Shown here in pieces: positions 48,806 through 60,276 of a DNA stretch of 64,000 nucleotides (positions within the stretch are counted from its first letter, which is position 1; the number at the start of each line of letters is the position of its first letter). The stretch lies in the NCBI RefSeq assembly GCF_009914755.1, contig NC_060925.1. One strand, given 5' to 3'. A program made the position numbers and the translations under genes. The DNA comes from the human T2T-CHM13v2.0 reference genome, Homo sapiens. The notes below the pieces were generated by a model that saw nothing but the letters and a program-made list of their open reading frames with translations, had not been told where the DNA came from and did not search any database.

Positions 48806-51800
48806 GATTTTAATAGCCCATGTTCACACTAGTACTAAGCGGAAGCTACATCCAGCTCCTGCAGCCCTAAGCCGACCCATGCAACTGACCCATGGTGCCT
48901 CCATAACACCTCCTCTCTGGTCTCAGAGCTCTAACCATGACATTGTCTCGTGAGCTGGGGCTGGTGACCCTATAGGATTGTCAGCAAGGGCAGCAACCTT
49001 CAGAGGCAGCATGGGGAGAGGCAGGGGCACTGGTCTTGGAGTCAGGAGCTCCAGGCCACAGTTCGGGTGCTGCTTCTGCTCCCTGTGGGATCCGGTGTTC
49101 CCCTCTGAGACTGAGTTCTCTTACCTGGGAACAACAGGGCCTACCCCACCTACCTGCCAGACGGTCAGGACAGGAAGAGATGCTGTGTGTTAAAATGCCC
49201 CATAAACTGTGAAGGGTCTCTATGAGTTAGCTCTATTATTGAGAGTGGTGAGAATGGACAGGGAGTAGTCTCAGCACGTTTATTGTGCCTGTCTGAGCAG
49301 GGCCAAAATGAGAGGGGAAGGTGTGAGACCACAGGGAACAAGAATTAAGTTTCAAGAACTGCCTGTGCCACCCTGGTGCCTGGTGCCCACACTGCTTCTG
49401 AGGGCAATAGCCTTCCCCAGCTCTCCCTGCCTGGGAGGCCACTTTGTGTGCTGTGTGGCTCTCTTGGACACTGCTGATCCTCGAGTAGCCAATACTTACA
49501 GCCTCTGACCTATGACCTGGGGTCAAAACATGAGCTAGGCCAATCAGACTCCTCTCTCAGGAGCTGAACAAGGAATGCTGAAAGACCAAGTCTGCTGGCA
49601 GCATTGCTGGAGGTGAAAGGATGCCACAAGGCAGAGAACCACGGCACGTCAAAGCCACATACAAGCTGAGGCTTGAAAAGCAGAGATGGTTCCGAGCCGC
49701 GCTTCTCAGACTTGAATGTGCATCTGAATCACCCTGCGATCTCATTAAAATAAATAGGTCTGAGGTGGAACCCAGTTGCTGCTGCAGCTTCTGCTGCTGG
49801 TCCAGGGACCGCACTTTGAGTTGTAAGATACAGAGTAGGGTGTGAAGAAGCTGGCTGGTAAAGGGAGGAGGACAGCGCAGAAGCTCAGAGAAAAGAGGAC
49901 CCAGACCACGCCAAGCACAGGAAAAAGCTAACTCCAGCAGCTCTGGGGCCCTGAAATGCTTCCGGGTCCAGGCCACATGCATGGCTGGGATAAACTCTGG
50001 TCTTTCCTAAGGAAACCTGGGTTGGTCTTTGCTGCAAGTAGAGGAATTAGACCAAGACAGCAGCCTCCTCCTGCCCTCTTTGTCAGGGTAATGATGCTTC
50101 CAACGTAGTTGCTCAATTGCCCCCTCCACCTGCCCCAAGACATACATACTCTTTCAATTGTTGCACCTGTGATCCCTGGTGGGCCTCACACAGGGTCAGG
50201 AACACAGAGACAAGCAAGTCACAAAGTCTGCCCTTTGCAAAGCTCATAGGCCTGCTTCTCCCTTCTTGCAGTCTCTCTCCCAGGCTCCACAACCATCATC
50301 CAGAGGAGGATGAAGCTGGTGCCTGGGGCCCAAAATGATCAGGAAGGATCTGTGGGGAGTAGGTTCTTGGAGCCTGTGGACTGACAGGGAGTAAGGCCAG
50401 AAACCAGAGATGGTGCCTTATGCCTGGATGGGACATGTGGCTCCAGATGCCTATTTTATTAGAAGATCCAGAAAAAAAACATCATTATCTTCATGTACAA
50501 ATAGGGGGTAAGACAAAATTAGAGAGTGGCAAAATTAGGGGGTGGAATAAAAAATACATGTACATTTTTAAGATTAAAAGGTGGGGTTTCAAAATCAAAA
50601 ATCCTGCCTGACTTTGAGCTCCGCTTTCTTCTAGGAGGTGTCCTTTAACCAAAAGTTTGACTAGCACTTTCTTGCTGAGCAGGCTGGAGTTGAAAGAGCA
50701 GCAGGGGTCTCAGGCAGCTGCCCCTGGCCTCCTCTGGCTCTGGGTTAATGATTCCCACATCAGGTCTGAGTTCCCAGGCCCCACTGGGTCATCAGGCCCT
50801 GCACCACCACTGAATTGAGGCCAGAATCTCCAGTAGTTAAACTTTTCTCATCCTCTTACTTGCTCACTCTGTCTCAAGCCTACCATCTTGATTTCATCTA
50901 TAACTGAAGGTATTGATCAACTATCAAGTTCTAAGGTGCCAATGATGCAAAGATACATCGACCTGGTCCCCCTGCTTCAGAGATATTCTTACCTAATGCA
51001 GGAGACAGACATCTAGACAGCAAATTACATCCTTACTAGAGGAGTAATCGGATTGTGGTAGAAGCATGAGGAGGGTGTGATGAATTGTGTTGGAGAAGTT
51101 AGAGAGGCTCCAGAGAGGAGATGCCACTGGCTCTTGGGTTAAAGGGTGAACTGAAGTTTCCTAAGATGAGGAAGATGTAAAGGGCATTCTAGGTAGGGAA
51201 GCAGCTGATAGCTGGAGCACATATGTTCCTGGGAACACTGGGGCTTCCACATTGTTATTCCTTCCATTTATTTCATCGATATGTATTAAATGCCTGCTTC
51301 ACAGCCCCTGGAGGGACTGGGTGTGAGGGGTACAGTGGTACACCTGACACCTTCAGTCCTTGCACTTGGGGAGCTTATGTTCTAGGCAGGTGACTTTCTC
51401 ACCCCAGTAATGGAGCCAGGTCATAAAGGAGTCTGAATACCATGCTAAGGAACTATAGCTTGGACTCAAACATCGATGCAACTCAAACTTTTCTGTTAAA
51501 CAAACCCTACTAGAAGACAGCATTTTGCAAAGCCAGGCAGTTTCTCTGAAATCCTGTGTTTTAATCTTAAAAATGCATACATATGTTGTATTCTACTCCC
51601 TAATATTGCCATGTTTGTTTGCACGTGAAGATAACATTTTTTTTTCTGACTCTTCTAATACAATAGGCATCTGGGATCCATGTAACATGTTTGCCTGGGG
51701 CTTCGAATCCCCCTCGTTGTATCCGAGCACATCTGTGGGTGGCTCAGTTGTAGGTGCCAGAGCAAAGACCCAGATTGCTGGAGGATCTGGCCAGGCTGTG

Positions 51801-52190
51801 TCCCTCCCCAGGATGCTTTGCTCAGCCTTGGCTCCTTGAAAGGGTGGTGCCAGACTATGCACGAGGGTGCTCCGTCTCTTCTGTACGGTGACGAGGCCAT
51901 CAACCCCACCTGGATTGTGGCTCCTGTTCATGAAGAGATTTTACTTCAAGTGCTTTTCATTCAGAATTGGAAGCTTTAATATGTTTTACAGGAAGCCCTT
52001 TTATGTGCCAATAAAAAACGACCGATTATAGCAGACGACGAAAAGCAGCTAGCGCCTCGGAGACACTGTATGTTTAGAAAGAGCAGATACACTTCCCACG
52101 AGAATGACACGATCAGATCCCTTCTCGTTCATTATGGAATCAGGCAGAGAAGACCTGTCGTTAGAGAAATGCAGAGCTTTTCACAATCGC

Positions 52191-52198
52191 TGCACACA

Positions 52199-52237
<39 letters not shown>

Positions 52238-52266
52238 GAGAGAGGGGGAGGAAGAGAGAGAGAGAC
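52191..52266 (+). repeat. Compound (CA)n-CG-(TG)n-(GA)n microsatellite
   Basis: TGCACACACACGTGTG...(TG)15 followed by GA-rich repeat. Confidence 0.92.
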
Positions 52267-52713
52267 ATGAATAACGCTCTCTGGCTCCACTAGTTTAATA
52301 CCTTCCTTTCTTCTTTGTTGAAGAAGGGATGGACGAGAGCCAGAGGCAGTAAGCCATGACCACTAAGGGCAATTAATTCGGCATTTTAATGACTATTTAT
52401 TCTCCACAGATACCAAAAACCCTCTCCATTTCTAGAATCAGCAAAAGCCAGAGTCGGAGAGGCTTGAGAGACCATCCCCTCCTCCACCCAGTGAGCACAA
52501 ATGGAAGTCTCATGTTCTGAAGGAGACAGCCTGAAGTCCTTTCACTTTCCCTGGGAGAGTGTTATGGGGGCGATTCCCCTTCCCCCATCCTGAGATCAGG
52601 AGGTGAGGAGAAGAGGGAACATCCTGGGGTTGGCTTGTGAATCCAGGGACAGTGCACATGGAGCCATGGTCCTCAGGTCCTAATGCCTGGCCTGGGAGCT
52701 GGGGCTTTGCATC

Positions 52714-52880
52714 TTTTCTGTGCATGGTGAGATGCTAAGCAGCCTCCCTGGCCTCACTCACTGGATGCCAGTAGTGGGTGGAGCCCTTTGCAACCCTCAG
52801 CTGTGACAACCAAACCTGTCTCCAGGTACTGCCAAGTGTCCCCTGGGGGGCAAAGTCACCCCCATTTTAGAGCCACTGGC
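52714..52880 (-). mobile_element. MER20 partial copy, inverted
   Basis: Reverse complement aligns to the first ~165 bp of the MER20 at 53174. Confidence 0.8.
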
Positions 52881-53173
52881 TTCTCCAGTTCCTAGAAAGG
52901 AACTGCAGGGTTGGAGGAGGCGCCCTGTCCTGTCCAAGAAAGTGTGCACCCCTCCTCCTGTGGCACAGGTGGCCTGGCTTGATGGCTAAGTGAAAAGCCA
53001 GGTGGACGTGAGACTCCTGGGGTCTAAAGGCTAAAGTGTTAGCTCTCACTTTGAACTCCAGTGCCGGCACAGGTTCAAGCCCAGAGGAGGCATCACATAA
53101 AAGGAAGCAGAAAAGTGTGGACTTCCTGGGCTCCAATCTTGGCTGTGCCACACACTACTGTACGACCTTAGGC

Positions 53174-53400
53174 CAGTGGCTCTCAAAAGGGGTTGACTTT
53201 GCCCCCCAGGGACAATTGGAAATACCTGGAGACATTTTTGGTTGTCAAAACAGAGGGTTGCAAAGACCTCCACTCACTACTGGCATCCAGCGAATGGAGG
53301 CCCGGGATGCTGCTTAGCCTTCTGCCATGCACAGAACAGTCCCCCTTCACAAAGAATTATCAGACCAAAATGTCAATAGGGATGAGGCTGAGAAACCCTG
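53174..53400 (+). mobile_element. MER20 (hAT-Charlie DNA transposon), near full length
   Basis: CAGTGG...GACTTTGCCCCCCAGGGACA...GGAGACATTTTTGGTTGTCA...CTACTGGCATC...AAAGAATTATC...AAAATGTCAATAG...GAGAAACCCTG. Confidence 0.85.
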
Positions 53401-53404
53401 CTCT

Positions 53405-56110
53405 AAGAAAATTACTGAACATTGACTTCACTCCAGCCTGGGCAACCGAGTCAGATGCCATCTCAAAAAACAGAGTAAACGGCTCTCCCTCCCCCTCCGC
53501 CTCCCTCTCCCTCTCCCTCCTCTCCCCACGGTCTCCCTCTCCCTCTCTTTCCACGGTCTCCCTCTCATGCCGAGCAGAAGCTGGACTGCACTGCTGCCAT
53601 CTCGGCTCACTGCAACCTCCCTGCCTGATTCTCCTGCCTCAGCTTGCCGAGTGCCTGCGATTGCAGGCGCGCGCCGCCACGCCTGACTGGTTTTCGTATT
53701 TTTTTGGTGGAGACGGGGTTTCGCTGTGTTGGCCGGGCTGGTCTCCAGCTCCTAACCGCGAGTGATCTGCCAGCCTCGGCCTCCCGAGGTGCCGGGATTG
53801 CAGACGGAGTCTCGTTCACTCAGTGCTCAATGGTGCCCCCGCTGGAGTGCAGTGGCGTGATCTCGGCTCGCTACAACCTCCACCTCCCAGCCGCCTGCCT
53901 TGGCCTCCCAAAGAGCCGAGATTGCAGCCTCTGCCCGGCCGCCACCCCGTCTGGGAAGTGAGGAGCGTCTCTGCCTGGCCGCCCATCGTCTGGGATGTGA
54001 GGAGCCCCTCTGCCTGGCTGCCCAGTCTGGAAAGTGAGGAGCGTCTCTGCCCGGCCGCCATCCCATCTAGGAAGTGAGGAGCGCCTCTTCCCCGCCGCCA
54101 TCCCATCTAGGAGGTGAGGAGCGTCTCTGCCCGGCCGCCCATCATCTGAGATGTGGGGAGCACCTCTGCCCCGCCGCCCCATCTGGGATGTGAGGAGCGC
54201 CTCTGCCCTGCCGCGACCCCGTCTGGGAGGTGAGGAGCGTCTCTGCCCGGCCGCCCCGTCTGAGACGTGAGGAGACCCTCTTCCTGGCAACTGCCTCGTC
54301 TGAGAAGTGAGGAGCCCCTCTGCCCCGAAGCCGCCCCGTCTGAGAAGTGAGGAGCCCCTCCGTCCGGCAGCCACCCTGTCTGGGAAGTGAGGAGCGTCTC
54401 CGCCCGGCAGCCACCCCGTCCGGGAGGGAGGTGGGGGTCAGCCCCCGCCAGGCCAGCCGCCCCGTCCGGGAGGGAGGTGGGGGGGTCAGCCCCCTGCCCG
54501 ACCAGCCACCCCGTCCGGGAGGTGAGGGGCGCCTCTGCCCGGCCACCCATACTGGGAAGTGAGGAGCCTCTCTGCCCGGCCAGCTGCCCCGTCCGGGAGG
54601 GAGGTGGGGGGGGTGGGGGTCGGCCAGCCGCCCCGTCCGGGAGGGAGGTGGGGGGGTCAGCCCCCTGCCCGGCCAGCCGCCCCGTCCGGGAGGGAGGTGG
54701 GGGGGGTCAGCCCCCCGCCCGGCCAGCTGCCCCGTCCGGGAGGTGAGGGGCTCCTCTGCCCGGCCGCCCCTACTGGGAAGTGAGGAGCCCCTCTGCCTGG
54801 CCAGCCGCCCCCCGTCTGGGAGGGAGTTGGGGGGGTCGGCCAGCCACCCCGTCCGGGAGGGAGGTGGGGGGGTCAGCCCCCCGCCCGGCCAGCCGCCCCG
54901 TCTGGGAGGTGAGGGGCACCTCTGCCCGGCTGCCCCTACTGGGAAGTGAGGAGCCCCTCTGCCCGGCCAGCCGCCCTGTCCGGGAGGGAGGTGGGGGGGT
55001 CAGTCCCCCGCCCGGCCAGCTGCCCCGTCCGGGAGGTGAGGGGCGCCTCTGCCTGGCCACCCCTACTGGGAAGTGAGGAGCCCCTCTGCCCGGCCAGCCG
55101 CCCCGTCCGGGAGGGAGGTGGGGGGGTCAGTCCCCCGCCCGGCCAGCTGCCCCGTCCGGGAGGTGAGGGGCGCCTCTGCCTGGCCACCCCTACTGGGAAG
55201 TGAGGAGCCCCTCTGCCCGGCCAGCCACCCCGTCCAGGAGGGAGGTGGGGGGGGTCAGCCCCCGGCCTGGCCAGCCGCCCCGTCCGGGAGGTGAGGGGCG
55301 CCTCTGCCCGGCCGCCCCTACTGGGAAGTGAGGAGCCCCTCTGCCCGGCCACGACCCCGTCTGGGAGGTGTACCCAACAGCTCATTGAGAACGGGCCATG
55401 ATGACAATGGCGGTTGTGTGGAATAGAAAGGCGGGAAAGGTGGGGAAAAGATTGAGAAATCGGATGGTTGCCGTGTCTGTGTAGAGAGAAGTAGACATGG
55501 GAGACTTTTCATTTTGTTCTGTACTAAGAAAAATTCTTCTGCCTTGGGATCCTGTTGATCGGTGACCTTACCCCCAACCCTGTGCTCTCTGAAACAGGTG
55601 CTGTGTCCACTCAGGGTTGAATGGATTAAGGGCGGTGCAAGATGTGCTTTGTTAAACAGATGCTTGAAGGCAGCATGCTCCTTAAGAGTCATCACCACTC
55701 CCTAATCTCAAGTACACAGGGACACAAACACTGCGGAAGGCCGCAGGGTCCTCTGCCTAGGAAAACCAGAGACCTTTGTTCACTTGTTTATCTGCTGACC
55801 TTCCCTCCACTATTGTCCTATGACCCTGCCAAATCCCCCTCTGCGAGAAACACCCAAGAATGATCAATAAAAAAAAAAAAAAAAAAAAAAAAAAACCAGA
55901 GTAAACGAATAAGCAAAACTTTACGGCATGTTGAAAGCTACAGAATTGCTATAGAGAAGAAACTCAGGATCGGAATTTGAGAGAGTGACCCATAGGAGAA
56001 TTACCATAAAATTGTCTGCATAACAACCACACTGCTTTTACGTTGCCTCTTACAGATCAATAAAAATAGCAAAGTTTTCTATTAAAAAAAAAAGAAAATT
56101 ACTGAACATT
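53405..56110 (+). mobile_element. Composite retro-insertion (SVA plus extra 5' and 3' segments) bounded by a perfect 19-bp TSD
   Basis: AAGAAAATTACTGAACATT at 53405-53423 and 56092-56110; second AATAAA at 56059 and A10 at 56084-56093. Confidence 0.88.
53482..55895 (+). mobile_element. Full-length SVA retrotransposon (young, SVA_D-F group)
   Basis: (CCCTCT)n head from 53482; antisense Alu-like domain ~53560-53925; GC-rich VNTR ~53925-55365; SINE-R ~55366-55870; AATAAA at 55866 and A27 tail. Confidence 0.98.
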
Positions 56111-56260
56111 TCTGTGCCTCAGTTTCCTCATCTATAAAATAGACATGGTACTAATAGAACCCACCTCCAGGGGCTGTTGTGAAGATTAAATTGATTCTTG
56201 CATACCGAGTATCTAGAACAGTGCCTGCCACAGAATAAACCCTGCAAATGTGCAGTCTCA
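56111..56260 (+). mobile_element. MIR 3' part (5' part at ~53120-53172)
   Basis: TCTGTGCCTCAGTTTCCTCATCTATAAAAT...GTTGTGAAGATTAAAT...AGAACAGTGCCTG continues the MIR begun at GGCTGTGCCAC...GACCTTAGGC. Confidence 0.8.
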
Positions 56261-56739
56261 ATGCTATGATTATCATCTGAGACAGAAGAAGCCAGTGCTC
56301 GGAAGGAGTTCAGCAGAGTGTGTGGGAGACTGGAGGTCCCGTGCCAGAAATGGTGAAAGGGGCCAAAGCCTGGGTAGAATTCTGTGTGCCCGAATGGACA
56401 GTACAGAGCCCGGCAGGCCAGATGAAGAGGAGATGGAGGGCAAAGGGGACCTGAGCAACTTCCCCAAGCCCTGGCTGGTATCTGAGTGTTCTGTCAATGC
56501 AGCGCCAACAGCCAGGGAGTAGGTGAGTAGTAACCTCAGTCCATTGCGTCATGACTTATGCTCCAAGCTCACGGGAGGCTTCCTTCCCCACCTGCCCCAT
56601 GGCTACCCTCACTCTCCACATAATGAAGCTGCTGCGGGCACAGGAGAATGGTCTTTGGTCCCTAAAACTGGGCAGTGAATGGGAACTGGAAGCAGCCCAA
56701 GCTCTGAGTTCCGGATGGCATAAAAGTTCTGCTGAGTCC

Positions 56740-57205
56740 TGTACTGGTTTGAATTGTGTCTCCAGAAGATATGTCTACCCAGAAAGAACCTCAGAATGTG
56801 ACTTTATTTGGAATAAGAGTCTTTGCAGATGTAATTAAGGTAATGATCTCGAGATGAGATCATCAGCCTAAATTGGGGGGCAGGGGACAAACCTAACAAT
56901 GGGTGTTCTTATAAGAGGCAGAAAAGGGGAAGACAGAGACACAAAGAGGGGGAGGGAAAGTGGGGATGGAAGCAGGATTAGAGCAATGCAGCTACAAGCC
57001 AAGGAGCCCCAAGGACTGCCGGAAGCAGCCAGGGGCCAGGAGAGAGGAGGGGAACAGACTCTCCCTCAGCACCTCCAGAAGGAGCATACCCTGCTGACAC
57101 CTTGACCTTGGAGTTCTGCTCTCTGGAACTGGGAAAAAATACATTTCTGTTGCTGAAACCACCAGGATTGTGGTCATTTGTTAGAGCAGCCCCAGGAACC
57201 TAACA
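56740..57205 (+). mobile_element. MLT1 (B/C-like) MaLR solo LTR
   Basis: TGT...GAATTGTGTC...GAATGTGACTTTATTTGGAA...CTTTGCAGATGTAATTAAG...CTGCTGACACCTTGA...ATTTGTTAGAGCAGCCCCAGGAACCTAACA. Confidence 0.85.
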
Positions 57206-59479
57206 TAGTCCCCATAACAGAGAGACCTCAAGGCTGAAAGGCACCATCGGATGAGGAAGCTGGGCAGGAAGCTCAGAGCTTGGCTCTGGTCCATGGTCAC
57301 CTTTGAGGGTCTGGGGCAAAGCTTTCAGCGTCTTGTCCTCAGATAACTCCCCAGTAACAGGGACCTTTTCTTCCCCAAATCCCAGAACTCTCCACACTTG
57401 GCAAGATCTATGTCTCCGGACCAGTTAACAAGGCCACTGGCCGGTTAGGTTAAGGCAGCGTCAACAACCAACTGTGTGGGAAGCAAAGAAGAAAAGAGAG
57501 AAAAAAACCAAGTACAACCGAAGCTTTATTCATTGTCCGGGCTATTTAGCAGGAGGAGTTGAAAAGAAAGTAGTTAGCTGTTAGAGGAAAAAATGGAAAA
57601 CTCTGGTCCCTCATTAATCTCGCTGCCCTCCATGTCAAACGCCCATTGTCAGGGTGGGCACAAAGGCTGCCACAGTTTGCGGCAGAGAAGCTAAGGGCCA
57701 GGCGAATGGGAATGCACAGGCCCAGGCGAGAACGGTTCCATATTGAAAGTGTTTTCTCCGCAGCCAGAGGTGCCCATTTCCAGTCTTTTTCAATTTGTAC
57801 ACTTTTTCTCCAATGACTCCTCGAGGGTAATTACAGTTCTTTTCACAAATGAAGTATGGAAGATACGAAAGAGAGGCGAAGCTGTCAATAGTTCTGCAGG
57901 AATGTGCGGGGCTGTCTCCGGGAGACACAGAAGGCATCGATCCTCCCTCCTGCAGAACTCAGAGCATGAATGGAAGGCGCCCTGGGGGAGGCTGGGGGGA
58001 CATCGCCTTAGCCTCCCAGGGGCCCTGGTGCCTGAGGAGAGAAGGTTCTGAGCCCCAGGCAGGGCTCAGAATAGAAGAGGGTGGGTTTCCTCTGCCTCCA
58101 GCCAAGTGTTTGAAGACCAACGGTATTGTATTTTTTTTGTATTTTCGTTCCTTGGATGAATGATCCGAGGGCCCCAGCCACAGGCAGCGAGCAACCACTC
58201 TCTGCAGTGTGAGAAGCTCTGGGTGGCCAGGAGCTGGCATTTCTGCCAGTGACTTCAGGATGGTCAAAAGGCATCTACTTACCGACAGGTACACGGTGCC
58301 CAGCCGCAGGAGACTGTGGAGTTGTTGGAATCAAACAGACATCCTCAGGCTGGACCAAGTGGCTGAGAATGCAGGATAAAATGTCATAAATACATATGTG
58401 CAATTTGCCCTTGGGTCCCAAACCCACCTTTGGGCCATCAGCTGCCCTGCTGCATAGCTCTAGAATTGTGAGTTAACAGTGAGCTCAGTATCAGCTGACA
58501 CATGGGAAAACATTCTTCAGGCCAGGCACCACACTCAGGGCTTATAGCAATGTCCCACTGGATCCTCACAACAGCCCTAAGAGGTTCATACTATTGTTAT
58601 CCCTAGTTTGTAAACAAATACACAAATGCTGAGAGTAATGAAGCGACTTTTCCAAGGTCCACACTGAAAGTGGAGGGATGGAAGCAGGATCGCTGGCTGC
58701 AAGGCCCTGTTCTTAACTGCTGCCCAAGCTGCCAAACAGGCTATTCTAATGTGGCTGCTTCAGCAGAACACTTATCCCAAACGAAGTGACCATCTGTTCT
58801 GTGGCTCAGGCCACAGCACAGTGGGATGGGATGCTCAGGCCTCAGTGCCATGCTTCCAGAAGGACATGAAGGGTAAAGGAACCAGCATATGCAACATCTC
58901 CCTCTGCCTGTCCTTCCAGACCCTCACCCCCACCACGCCTGGCCTAGACCTCCTGCAGACCTCTTCTCTCTGGACTCTCCTCCGGGGGTTCAGTCCATAG
59001 GCTCCTTTCCAGCACTCAGCATTGCTTCCTTCCCCATTCTTCGAGTTGCCACTGCCATCACATTGACCCCATTCTTGCAACACCCTCAACCACCTTGTCT
59101 CCTTTTTCCATTTCACCCAGAAAAATGTGAAGTCTGGTTTAATCCAACTGTTTTTTTTCTTTTTCTTTTTCTTTTTTTTTTTTTTGCCTAGGCACTTGGG
59201 TTTCTGAGGGGAGTAGGACTGGACAATATAATATTGCAGGTGGGTCATGGTCTTCATTGTGGGTTGGGCCTGCAGCCCTTCCAGCGATGACCTTCCACAC
59301 ATCAACTTGGTCTGAAGTCCCCCTACTGGCCTTTTCAGGCCTCGACCCTTCTTGGCAAGCCTCTTCCCTCCGCTACCACACGACTTACTCTGAGCGTAGG
59401 ATCTCACCTCTGCTGGAGAGAAAAAGGCCAATTTGTGGGGAGTAGGAGGCACTCTATCAACTCATTGCCTCAAAATTTT

Positions 59480-60030
59480 TCTAAACAGCTTTTTACATAC
59501 CATAATTTACATACCGTAAAATTTACTCATTTGAAGTGTACAATTCAATGATTTTTAGTGTATTGACAGAGTTGCACAACCATCACCACATTTAATCTCT
59601 GAACGTTTCCACCACCTAAAAAAAAATATATTATGCCCATGTGTGGTCACTCTGCAACTGCACCCCCAGCCCTGGTCAGCCACTAATCTGCTTTCTGTCT
59701 CTATAGGTTTACCTTTCCTGGACATTTCAGATCAGTGGAATCATGCAGTATGTAGTCCTTGGCGTCTGACTTCTTTAGTTCAGCCTAATGTTTTTGCAAT
59801 TCATCCATGTTGTAGTATGTATCAGTAGTGGACTCCTTTTTAATGGGGCATAGTATTCCATTGTATGGATAGAACACATTTTGATTATCTATTCACCAGC
59901 TGATGGACCTGTGGGTAGTTTCCACTTTTTGGCTGTTATGAATAATATTGCTGTGAGCATTAATGTACAAGTCTTTATGTGGACATATGTTTTTATGTGG
60001 ACATATGGGTAGATAACTAGCATATTACCT
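59480..60030 (-). mobile_element. L1MB-like 3' fragment
   Basis: TTTACATACCGTAAAATTTACTCATTTGAAGTGTACAATTCAATG...CACTAATCTGCTTTCTGTCTCTATAG...TAGTATTCCATTGTATGGAT. Confidence 0.85.
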
Positions 60031-60276
60031 CAATCTTAGAGGTTAATCTCTCTCCTCCCCTCTTTTCTCCCCAGTGTCAATAACTAAGATATGTCTCCTC
60101 AAATTAGAGGAGAATTCTTCATCTGGGCTCTGAATTCTCTCTTTTCCTGTTGCCCTGGAGGTCTTGTTCCATCAGTCATTCCTTCTCTCTCATACCAGCA
60201 TATTCCTCCATAAAAATGAGGCTAATATTAAGACATACCTCAACGTGTTTTTGTGAGGATTAAATGAGTAATACAT

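Noticed and set aside
53428-55863. Many overlapping ORFs with repeated LLTSQTG/PSGREVGG motifs
   Set aside because: Translations of the SVA Alu-like, VNTR and SINE-R domains; SVA is non-coding.
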